64,000 nt of DNA from Waterburya sp. (GTDB taxonomy: Bacteria > Cyanobacteriota > Cyanobacteriia > Cyanobacteriales > Xenococcaceae). The stretch spans positions 1,664,001 to 1,728,000 of the forward strand of contig CBDCJV010000002.1 of assembly GCA_965217895.1 (NCBI GenBank), written 5' to 3'. Below the pieces are notes generated by a model. That model was given only the letters and a program-made list of their open reading frames with translations, ran no database searches and was not told the DNA's origin. Shown one piece after another: positions 53,150-62,062 of the stretch. Each line of letters opens with the position of its first letter. The stretch's first letter is position 1. Made by a program: the position numbers and the translations under genes.

Positions 53150-53527
53150 ATGAAGTTTTTGCTCGATACTCACAGTTTACTCTGGACAGTTTTTGAACCA
53201 GATAAGCTCTCAACAGAAGCTCAAAAAATCATAATTGACCACAATAACATTATTTGTGTCAGCTTAATCTCTCTTTGGGAAATTAGTATTAAACAAAATA
53301 TCGGTCGTTTAGATATACCAAAAGAATTTTTTGAGGTTGTCAACAAAGGAGGGTTTGAAATGCTTGGGCTGACTATAGATCAAATCGAAAAATATCGAAC
53401 ATGACCTTTGCATCATCAAGATCCATTCGATCAGATGTTGATAGTTCAAGCAAGACAGCAAAAACTAATTTTTATTACCCGTGACTCAGAAATTAGCAAG
53501 TACGATGTAGAGATTGTCAAAGCCTAA
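53150..53527 (+). pseudogene. VapC PIN-domain toxin with premature stop
   Basis: LLDTH...SLWEISIK; TGA at 53402 followed in frame by PLHHQDPFDQMLIVQA...ITRD. Confidence 0.85.
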
Positions 53528-53631
53528 TGTGGGATTGATTGTTTCTATAGTTAAAAATATAATGCGATCGCCTAGAATCCAACTAATTTTAGTTTCACTA
53601 AAACTGACCCAGAACCTTAATATCGCTACAA

Positions 53632-55485
53632 TTAGTGCGTAACATCAGTAAGCAGATGTAACCAACGGCGTATTCTGCCTCTGGCGATCGCCGATAACAT
53701 TTTAAGATAGGTAATCGGATTAGTATATCTCTGGAACAACCCCGTTACATCACTCTTTTTAACGTCACTTAGATACCACTGTGACCAAACCTCCAAACTA
53801 CCGTCAAGAAACATGGCTTTGCACGCACTACGTTGAACTTTGCCACTAGAAGTTTTAGGTATACGTCCTGGTTTGAGCAAGACAATGCTGTAAATGTCGA
53901 TAAAATGTTCTTGAAATATCTGCCAACGGATAGCTGCTACCACCTCATCCATAACTAAAAATTGGCGATAAGTGCGCTCTATTTCTTGAGCAACCACTAA
54001 TCTTGCTTTTCCCTCCACCTCAATCGAGAAAGCAGCACCACAATTAGGTTTTAATCCAGGATGACATTGTTCTACCGTTTGTTCAATCTGCTGCGGATAA
54101 TGATTTAAGCCCCAAAAGACCAGCACATCATGAAGACGACCAGTAATATATAATTCTCTATTATCAATAAAGCCTAAATCTCCAGTACGTAGATATTTAC
54201 CTTGACCATTTAAACTTGCCTGAAAAGTCTCTTGGGTTTTGGCTGGTAGCTGCCAATATCCTTGTCCTACACTGGAACTAGAAAACCAAATTTCTCCGAT
54301 TTTATTTGCTGCACATTCTGTTAGAGAATCAGGATCGGCGATCGCAATTGTGCCATCCAACCAAGGATAACCCGCGCTAACTATCGTAGTTGTTCCTGGC
54401 TGATTATCGGCAATAACTACTTTGTTTTCTTCTAAAGCAATCTTGTCTAAATACTTCACCGTCGGTGACTTGGCTTTATCTCCCCCTGTAATTATTAGAG
54501 TAGCTTCCGCCATGCCATAGCAGGGATAGAATGCCGTTGATTTAAAGCCACAGCTAGCAAATTTACGGCTAAACTGCTTCATAGTTGCCGTTTGCACTGG
54601 TTCTGCGCCACAAAACGCTACCTCCCAACTACTGAGGTCTAATTGCGCTGCTTGTTCTTCCGTGACGCGATCGCATAATAAATCATAGGCGAAGTTGGGC
54701 GCACCGCTAGTAGTTGCTTGATATTTACTTATCGCCTGTAGCCAACGAATTGGCTTTTGCACAAAGCTAATGGGAGAGATCATCACACAATATGCACCCA
54801 TGTATATCGGTTGGATCACGTTACCAATTAAGCCCATGTCGTGAAACAAAGGTAGCCAACCCACACCTACTAAATCTTTGGTATGACCAAAAGCCTGTTT
54901 TAGCATCTCTTGATTTTGCATCAGACACCCGTGAGTAATCATTACTCCCTTTGGTTCGCCTGTAGACCCAGAGGTATATTGTAAGAAAGCCAAAGTATCG
55001 GCATTTATCTTTGGTGGAGTCCAATCATCAACTTTCTGATTGATTTTGTCTGTATTTAAACAATGTAGCGAAGCGTGTCCCCACTTAGATAGCTGAGTTT
55101 TTAGCTTGCTAAACAAACTAGATTCAGTTAGCACTACTTCTGCACCCGCAGAGACAATGCGGGTTTGTACTTCTACGGTAGTCAAACGATTTTTGGGCGG
55201 ATGACAGGGTACAGCTACAACTCCCGCGTACAAACAGCCAAAAAAGGCGGTAATAAACTCTAAGCCACCGCTGTAAGGATATACCAGTAAAGCTTTAGAG
55301 CCAGGTAAAACGATTTGCTGTAGTGAAAGCGCGATCGCTTTTGCCTTAGTCTCTAACTCCTGATAGGTCAGTATAATTTCTTTATTCTCACCATCCTTGA
55401 GAAAAATATACGCTGTATCCTCGCCTTGAGATATGGCTCGCTGCTGTAATATTTCGACGATGTTAGAGTTTGGCTGACTAGACAT
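53632..55485 (-). CDS. Fatty acyl-AMP ligase (stand-alone)
   Basis: LQYTSGSTG, WLPLFHDMGLIG, YGMAEATL, RTGDLGF, PKTSSGK. Confidence 0.9.
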   Translation of the reverse strand: MSSQPNSNIVEILQQRAISQGEDTAYIFLKDGENKEIILTYQELETKAKAIALSLQQIVLPGSKALLVYPYSGGLEFITAFFGCLYAGVVAVPCHPPKNRLTTVEVQTRIVSAGAEVVLTESSLFSKLKTQLSKWGHASLHCLNTDKINQKVDDWTPPKINADTLAFLQYTSGSTGEPKGVMITHGCLMQNQEMLKQAFGHTKDLVGVGWLPLFHDMGLIGNVIQPIYMGAYCVMISPISFVQKPIRWLQAISKYQATTSGAPNFAYDLLCDRVTEEQAAQLDLSSWEVAFCGAEPVQTATMKQFSRKFASCGFKSTAFYPCYGMAEATLIITGGDKAKSPTVKYLDKIALEENKVVIADNQPGTTTIVSAGYPWLDGTIAIADPDSLTECAANKIGEIWFSSSSVGQGYWQLPAKTQETFQASLNGQGKYLRTGDLGFIDNRELYITGRLHDVLVFWGLNHYPQQIEQTVEQCHPGLKPNCGAAFSIEVEGKARLVVAQEIERTYRQFLVMDEVVAAIRWQIFQEHFIDIYSIVLLKPGRIPKTSSGKVQRSACKAMFLDGSLEVWSQWYLSDVKKSDVTGLFQRYTNPITYLKMLSAIARGRIRRWLHLLTDVTH

Positions 55486-55614
55486 TATAGCTATCTTTAA
55501 CTCGATGCAAATTAAACCATAATATAACTTGGGTTTAATCCTATATGAAAATTAAAAAGTGAGAAAAATAAGTTTCTCTACCTCAATCAACTTTTAAATA
55601 GTTAATGTCGTGCT

Positions 55615-56463
55615 TTAATACTTTGCTGGCACAAAGTTTTGAGTACTAATTGGTGGACGTTCATAGTCTATTGCTTTTTGGCGTGGAGGTAATTTAATTT
55701 TTTTAGCGGGCAAATCTTCGTAGGGAACAGTTTCTAGAAAATGACTAATACAGTTTAATCTTGCCTTTTTCTTATTGTCAGCCTCAACTACATTCCAAGG
55801 AGACTCAGGAACATCGGTAGCTGCAAACATATCATCTTTGGCTCTAGAATATTCTACCCATTTCTCCCTAGCCTTTAGATCCATAGGGCTAATTTTCCAG
55901 CGTTTTGTCGGATCTTCAATTCGATCTTGAAAACGTTTTTCCTGTTCGCGATCGCTAACCGAAAACCAATATTTAATTAAGATAATACCCGATCGCTGGA
56001 TCATCATTTCAAACTGGGGACATGAGCGCATAAACTCGTTATACTGTTCATAGGTGCAAAAGCCCATGACTTTTTCTACCCCGGCGCGGTTATACCAGCT
56101 ACGGTCAAACAGCACTATTTCTCCTGCTGCGGGGAGATGAGCCACATATCTTTGAAAATACCACTGAGTTTTTTCGCGATCGCTGGGTGTACCTAAAGCC
56201 ACCACTTTACAAACACGGGGATTTAAGTATTTAGTGATGCGCTTAATTGAGCCTCCCTTTCCTGCTGCATCTCTACCTTCAAAGACAACTACAATCTTTA
56301 AGCCTTTGTGTTGCACCCATCTTTGCAATTTGACCAACTCAATTTGCAACTTTTTTAGTTCTTTTTTATATACTTTTTTGCTTAATTTTTTGGATTTATC
56401 TTTATTTTTTTTATTATCTTTTTTTGATTTAGCAGCTTGGTTATTTAAATCTTTTTTGCTCAT
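55615..56463 (-). CDS. ppk2: Polyphosphate kinase 2
   Basis: FEGRDAAGKGG, FDRSWYNR. Confidence 0.95.
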   Translation of the reverse strand: MSKKDLNNQAAKSKKDNKKNKDKSKKLSKKVYKKELKKLQIELVKLQRWVQHKGLKIVVVFEGRDAAGKGGSIKRITKYLNPRVCKVVALGTPSDREKTQWYFQRYVAHLPAAGEIVLFDRSWYNRAGVEKVMGFCTYEQYNEFMRSCPQFEMMIQRSGIILIKYWFSVSDREQEKRFQDRIEDPTKRWKISPMDLKAREKWVEYSRAKDDMFAATDVPESPWNVVEADNKKKARLNCISHFLETVPYEDLPAKKIKLPPRQKAIDYERPPISTQNFVPAKY

Positions 56464-56641
56464 ACTTATTATTACTCTTGCTCGCTATTTAAAGAATATT
56501 TATAAACTGAACAAAAAGCAAGTTGCTGTACAAAACTTTGCTATTTCTAGATTCAGTAAAAAATATTTAGTTAAGTAAATTGATTTTGCAGGTTATAACG
56601 AGATAACATTTTTATATAGTTTGTGTATTTGAAAGCTGTAA

Positions 56642-56968
56642 ATGAAAAAGCTGCATTTAGCAATTTCCACTAACGAGATCGAAGCAACGATTAAAGACTA
56701 TAGTAAACGATTATCAGCAAAACCCTGCTTAGTCATTGCTGGCGAATATGCTCTGTGGCGAACAGAAACTCTCAATGTTTCTATTAGACAAGATGAATCT
56801 TGCCAACCAGGAAAATTAAGACATTTGGGATGGGAAGATTCTACTGTTTTAAGTATGTCTGCTGAAACCGACGTTAACGGTATTGTTTGGGAAAATTTTA
56901 CCGCTAGTCAACAGGCAGAAGAAATTAACGAAATATGGTCAGAAGCTAATTATCAACCAGAATCTTAA
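56642..56968 (+). CDS. VOC/glyoxalase-like hypothetical protein
   Basis: KLHLAIS...LRHLGW...DVNGIVWE pattern. Confidence 0.6.
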   Translation: MKKLHLAISTNEIEATIKDYSKRLSAKPCLVIAGEYALWRTETLNVSIRQDESCQPGKLRHLGWEDSTVLSMSAETDVNGIVWENFTASQQAEEINEIWSEANYQPES

Positions 56969-57163
56969 ATTGATGCTTGTTTGCTATTTAATGTTTACAG
57001 ATTAATTATTTCTCAAAAACCTATTAATTATCGCTTACTGTGCTTTTCAGTTGAGTAGAACACGCAAGTTTAATTTGAAAAGCTAAAAGCTAAAAACTGA
57101 TAGCTAAAAACCAGTTAATCAACAACGTAGTCTATCCAATTAAAAACTGCTGTATTACCTAAA

Positions 57164-58393
57164 TCAACCTTCCTCCAAACAATCAGGAGAATTAAGAGCA
57201 GCTTCAATTTCTAAGACAACCTGATCTCTGTTTTCATAGAGCATGATTAAGTGATCTTTTGCTCTTGTTATCGCTGTATATAAACCCGCTTTAGCTTCAA
57301 AACTAATTTCTTTGTCTTCTGATTTATATGCAGATAAACTATCTATTCCTGCAATAATTACCGCATCAAATTCTACACCTTTTAAAGCATTCCAAGAATC
57401 AACAATTACAAAAGGACGATTAACAACATTGCGATCGCGATCGCCTGAAGTTTCAGGAGCATGATGTTCTAAATTTAACTTGGTTAATTCTTTGCTTATT
57501 TCTTGTTTTAAATCTTTAGCTTGGGGATGCACCAAAATACCAATTGAAGATTCACCATGAACCTCTAAAGCCTCTTGAACTTGAGCGGCAATTTTATCTG
57601 GCATATCTTCATAATAAACTTCGAGTAATAAAGGCTTAATACCTGAACTACGGGAAGGTTTTTTCTTAGGTTCAATTACACTACTAATACTAGGAGTATG
57701 AACCACTTTTCCTGTTTCATCTCGTTCTTTTTTCTCTACTTTTATTTCGGCTGTAGCTAAGACTGGGGCAATAAACTTCCAGGCAAGTTCCAAAATTTCG
57801 GGAGAATTACGATAATTAAGCTCAAAAACTTGCGCTCGTCCTCCAGGAATATTAATGCCTAAACTTTTCCAACTCCAATCTGATTTGCGTCGATGAAATT
57901 GTCCATAAACCGATTGAGTATTGTCGTAAACAATAAATAAAGCGTTAGTTCGCTTATCTAAAACTTCTAATAAAGCTTGAAACCATTCATCAGGAAAATC
58001 TTGCGCCTCATCAATTAAAATTGCTTGATATCTTTTTGGACATTTACGAGCCAATTCTACCAGTTTGCTAACATCATTATCGTAACTATATTTTAAATTT
58101 CTATATGCCCATTGATGAAAAGTTAAGCATTCAAACTTCTTAACTTGATTAGCTTCTAAATTAGATTTCAACCAGCTATTCATAAAGCGATTGTAGGTCA
58201 AAATCAAAATTCTATCGTAATCTTCAGCTAATTTTTTAACTCTATTTCTTAATACTAGAGACTTACCAGATCCCGCAACACCTCTGACAATTGCTGCACC
58301 TTTAGAACGCAAATTCTTAGACCTATCTTGTTCTTGATTTAACTGTTCGAGTTCTAATCTTTGCCCTACACTTTGTTCAAAATTAATCCACAT
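57164..58393 (-). CDS. UvrD/SF1 helicase-like ATPase
   Basis: GVAGSGKS, LIDEAQD, NYRNS, KGVEFD, YTAITRA. Confidence 0.85.
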   Translation of the reverse strand: MWINFEQSVGQRLELEQLNQEQDRSKNLRSKGAAIVRGVAGSGKSLVLRNRVKKLAEDYDRILILTYNRFMNSWLKSNLEANQVKKFECLTFHQWAYRNLKYSYDNDVSKLVELARKCPKRYQAILIDEAQDFPDEWFQALLEVLDKRTNALFIVYDNTQSVYGQFHRRKSDWSWKSLGINIPGGRAQVFELNYRNSPEILELAWKFIAPVLATAEIKVEKKERDETGKVVHTPSISSVIEPKKKPSRSSGIKPLLLEVYYEDMPDKIAAQVQEALEVHGESSIGILVHPQAKDLKQEISKELTKLNLEHHAPETSGDRDRNVVNRPFVIVDSWNALKGVEFDAVIIAGIDSLSAYKSEDKEISFEAKAGLYTAITRAKDHLIMLYENRDQVVLEIEAALNSPDCLEEG

Positions 58394-58544
58394 TTTAAAA
58401 TTATTAAAATCTTTATTTAGATCCTATGCGGATTTTTTGGCAGCGTCTCTACTGAAAACTACCTAGAATCTGTCTGCATGAACCTCATAAAGTTTAATTG
58501 GGTAGGCTGAGAAGATAAGGCGATCGCTAAAGTCAAAAGTCAAA

Positions 58545-58612
58545 GCTTGCGGTGGGGGTCTTCCTCCATGAGCAACTGAATCAACAAAGGCTTAAGCCGC
58601 ATATAGCGATCG
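58545..58612. repeat. Mini-element mosaic next to a HIP1 site
   Basis: Matches 592-630 and 8776-8797. Confidence 0.7.
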
Positions 58613-58617
58613 CTCTA

Positions 58618-59274
58618 TCAAAGATTATTTTTCGCTTCTTTAGCAACCTGTTCAAATTCATCATCTGCCAACTTGGTAATTATTGTCTTGGCTTCTTCTC
58701 CCCCTAATCTACCTAAAGCCTGTACAAGACGGTAACGTATTTGCCAGTCTTCATTATCGGCAAAGGGAGCAAGTAAATGAATAGCGCGAGTGTCGCCCAA
58801 TTCTCCCATTGAACCAATGGCTGCGGTTTGCAGGAGGTTATTATCCGAGTGAAGAGCCTCTTTTAAGAGATCGAAGCCACGAGGATCGCCTAATTCGCCC
58901 AAAGCAGCAATAATGCTAAACTGCACTAACCATTCTGATGTATCGTGATAGATATTGGCTAAATCTTCATAAGCTTCAACAAGCTTTAAACCGCCAATCG
59001 CATCTGCTGCTGCTGCTTGTACATCTGGCTCTGGATCGTTAAACAGGCGATCGCGTAAGATTTCTAGAGCAGCATCTTTATTATTTATTCCCAGAGTATC
59101 TAGCTGACTAACTGCTGCATAGCGCACGCGGGTATTATCATCGGTAATCATGGGCTGCACCATGGCAAAGGCTGTTTCTGTGTCAATTTGACGTAGTTGA
59201 TTTAAGCCTCTAATCCGCTCGCCAAAATCTTCGGAATTTAGCAGAGTCTTAACTGATTCTGGGGTAATAGTCAT
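58618..59274 (-). CDS. nblB: HEAT-repeat phycobilisome degradation protein NblB-like
   Basis: PBS-lyase HEAT repeats, RVRYAAVSQL; adjacent to CBS gene. Confidence 0.75.
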   Translation of the reverse strand: MTITPESVKTLLNSEDFGERIRGLNQLRQIDTETAFAMVQPMITDDNTRVRYAAVSQLDTLGINNKDAALEILRDRLFNDPEPDVQAAAADAIGGLKLVEAYEDLANIYHDTSEWLVQFSIIAALGELGDPRGFDLLKEALHSDNNLLQTAAIGSMGELGDTRAIHLLAPFADNEDWQIRYRLVQALGRLGGEEAKTIITKLADDEFEQVAKEAKNNL

Positions 59275-59337
59275 GATTAATTAAAATTATTAGATTTAAA
59301 GTTGGTTTTAAACAGAGAAAAAATAAGGCTTTAATAG

Positions 59338-59796
59338 CTATTCGGCTGCCATCATCTTAATTACATCACCTTGAGTAATCATGCCGATTAACTTGGAATT
59401 ATCATCTATCACTGGCAAACGCCGTACTTTTTTTTCGTGCATGATCCTAGCTGCCTCTCCCACTAGCTGATTGCCTTTCACCGTTGTCGGGCGATCGCTC
59501 ATAGCTTCAGCCACGGTTTGCCCTAAAGCCTTATGTACTTCTTGATTATGCTTGGCGGGATTTTGCAGATAAATTACGCTATCGAGAAACATAATATAAG
59601 GCGGTGCTTCTACTCCTGAAGCTTGCCAAGTTAAATCAGTCTCGGATATTACTCCCACTAGCTCTCCCTGCTTATTTACCACAGGTAAACCGCTAATATC
59701 TTTTTCAGCTAGAATTTGGATCGCTTCTTCTAGAGATGTCTCAGGAGATACCGTAGTTGGATTGGCTGTCATAACGTCAGCAACAGTTTTGCTCAT
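59338..59796 (-). CDS. CBS-domain protein
   Basis: Two CBS repeats (ISGLPVV, RRLPVI). Confidence 0.92.
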   Translation of the reverse strand: MSKTVADVMTANPTTVSPETSLEEAIQILAEKDISGLPVVNKQGELVGVISETDLTWQASGVEAPPYIMFLDSVIYLQNPAKHNQEVHKALGQTVAEAMSDRPTTVKGNQLVGEAARIMHEKKVRRLPVIDDNSKLIGMITQGDVIKMMAAE

Positions 59797-59975
59797 CTTT
59801 TTGCTCTTGGGTTTATCGTATAATTGGCTACCACTACCTGATTTAATCTATCGCAAATTGCCACCTTCTAAGGTAAAGCTGTCACTATATTTAATTTTTA
59901 TATTTTTCTCTAATTTTGTAATATACGCTTGGTGTGAATTAGCTTCGTTGATATTAAACGTTTTAAGCTTTAAGC

Positions 59976-60031
59976 CCTTCGGGTTCGGGCGCGTTCCCTT
60001 GCGTCTTACGCCGACGCGGGGTCGCCCTCAC
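59976..60031. repeat. GC-rich stem-loop mini-element within heptamer repeats
   Basis: CCTTCGGGTTC...GCCCTCAC; core shared with 8742-8775 (reverse complement). Confidence 0.65.
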
Positions 60032-60314
60032 TTTTAGCTTTTAGGAGTCAGGTTGTGTTGTCGGTGGAGTAGTAAAGAATACTAAAACTAGAAACAACAT
60101 CTAAAAAGCTCATAGATTGTGGCTTATAGCTTATGGCTAAAGAGCGAATCACTTGATTTTCTGGCGTTGCTGAATCGGAATATGAAAGTAAATTGATTAC
60201 TTTTGTAATCTAACTCCAAAATCAGAATAACTCAATATTTTTGGCTACTACGGGAAACCAGATTAGCTCAAATGTTATACTTGTATAACAACTTGGTTTT
60301 CAAGGAGTCGTTTT

Positions 60315-60539
60315 ATGGAATCTCAATCAATTGCTGTTAGGCTTAACAAAGAACTACATCAGCGTCTTAGCGATCTTGCTGCTCAAACAGGTCGCTCAAA
60401 AAGCTTTTACGTCAAACGTGCCATAGCGCAATATCTGGAAGATATGGAAGATACCTATCTTGCAATAGACAGAATAGAAAACTCTGAAGGGAGAGTTTCG
60501 ATGGAAGAAGCAAAGAGGATTCTTGATGTGGAAAATTGA
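60315..60539 (+). CDS. RelB/CopG-type antitoxin
   Basis: IAVRL...LAAQTGRSKSFYVKRAI..YLEDMED. Confidence 0.88.
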   Translation: MESQSIAVRLNKELHQRLSDLAAQTGRSKSFYVKRAIAQYLEDMEDTYLAIDRIENSEGRVSMEEAKRILDVEN

Positions 60540-60789
60540 ATGGGAAAGAAAAGCTCTTAAAGATGCAGAGAAACTTGATAAATCTGCTCGTCAAAGAATA
60601 GTAAATTATCTTGAGGAGCGGGTTTTAGTAGATCAAAATCCCTATCAATTTGGAAAGCCATTAAAAGGCAGCAAATTAGGACTCTGGCGTTATAGGGTTG
60701 GTGATTATCGAATTCTATGCCAAATAGAAAAAAACCGATTAGTCGTGTTAGTGGTTGCTGTGGGTCATAGAAAAGATATTTACCTTTAA
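60526..60789 (+). CDS. RelE/ParE-family toxin
   Basis: GKPLKG...WRYRVGDYRI...VGHRKDIY. Confidence 0.9.
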   Translation: MWKIEWERKALKDAEKLDKSARQRIVNYLEERVLVDQNPYQFGKPLKGSKLGLWRYRVGDYRILCQIEKNRLVVLVVAVGHRKDIYL

Positions 60790-61029
60790 AGGTTTTTTCT
60801 TTCCACATAATTCAACGTTTTGTGAATTATGATGATTGGACGCATGGGATTAAAAAGCAGCCAAACACTGGTTCGCGTATCAGCTTGACATGGAGAGCAT
60901 TTACTCAAGCTAGCTAGCCAGTAAATAATTGATTTTTATGAATAGCGATATTTAGCCATACAATTAAATAGCTAAGTTAAGATTTAGTTTATAGATTTAG
61001 CGTCTATTAATTTCATCTAGCTACTCAGC

Positions 61030-61941
61030 TTAAAAATCCACTGTATAAATCCAGTCTTGATATTTTGATTCTTTATTTTGAGTTATTGCTGTTAGCTTGT
61101 GCTTTATTTTCTCAGTAATGGGTCTATTAGTTGTTAGGTGATAACTTTCGATTTGTTTTACAGGAGTTACCTTAGCTGCTGTACCACTTAAAAATACTTC
61201 ATCGGCAATTAATAATTCAGTTTTATCGATCGCTCTTTCCTCTGTTTCTATATCTAAATCTTTGGCGATAGTTAAGATGCTATCTCTGGTAATGCCCTCT
61301 AAAATGTCTTGATTAAAGCCAGGCGTGATTAATTTACCATTACGCACCATAAATATATTCATTCCTGAAGCTTCACAAATTTTACCTTGGGAGTTCATTA
61401 AAATCGCTTCATCAAAACCCGATTCTACGGCTTCAGTTTTAGCTAAAGAAGAAGTAATATAAGCACCGCTAATCTTACCCCGTAATGGCAAACTGCGATC
61501 TTCCTGGCGATACCAAGAACTAATCCGACAGCTAATCCCTTCAGGAGGTAAATAGTCCCCAAGTTCTAGACCATAAATAAAGAAATCTTTGGCAATTTTA
61601 TGCAGTCGGGGTGCAATACCTAAATCAGAAGTATAAACAAAAGGTCGAATATAAAATGGTTTTTTGGGCTTATTCTTTTGGACAAAATCAATAATTATAT
61701 GCTGTATTTTATCTGCGGGTAAATCATAATTTAGTAGTTTGGCACTTTCGCTCAATCTTTTACAGTGGCGATCGAGTCTAAATAATAATATTTGCTCAGG
61801 ATTCTCTGGGTTAGGAATACCTCTCATCCCACCAAAAGCTCCTGTTCCGTAGTGTAGAGCGTGGGTAGCAATAGAAACATTTGCTTCTTTAAAAGGAACA
61901 AACTGATTTTGAAAATAAGCGATTTCTAAAAAATTGTGCAT
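61030..61941 (-). CDS. ilvE: Branched-chain amino acid aminotransferase
   Basis: ALHYG, LFRLDRH, EASGMNIF, LEGITR. Confidence 0.93.
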   Translation of the reverse strand: MHNFLEIAYFQNQFVPFKEANVSIATHALHYGTGAFGGMRGIPNPENPEQILLFRLDRHCKRLSESAKLLNYDLPADKIQHIIIDFVQKNKPKKPFYIRPFVYTSDLGIAPRLHKIAKDFFIYGLELGDYLPPEGISCRISSWYRQEDRSLPLRGKISGAYITSSLAKTEAVESGFDEAILMNSQGKICEASGMNIFMVRNGKLITPGFNQDILEGITRDSILTIAKDLDIETEERAIDKTELLIADEVFLSGTAAKVTPVKQIESYHLTTNRPITEKIKHKLTAITQNKESKYQDWIYTVDF

Positions 61942-61974
61942 AATTGCTTGATTATTATTGATTCTTAATTACTT

Positions 61975-62034
61975 GGTGGGCATTAATAAGTGTATTTTTA
62001 TAACGAGCAGAACTGTATTTTATGCCCACCCTAC
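61975..62034. repeat. REP-like palindrome
   Basis: GGTGGGCAT...ATGCCCACCCTAC. Confidence 0.6.
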
Positions 62035-62062
62035 AAATTGATCGTTGGTCATCGATCATTGA

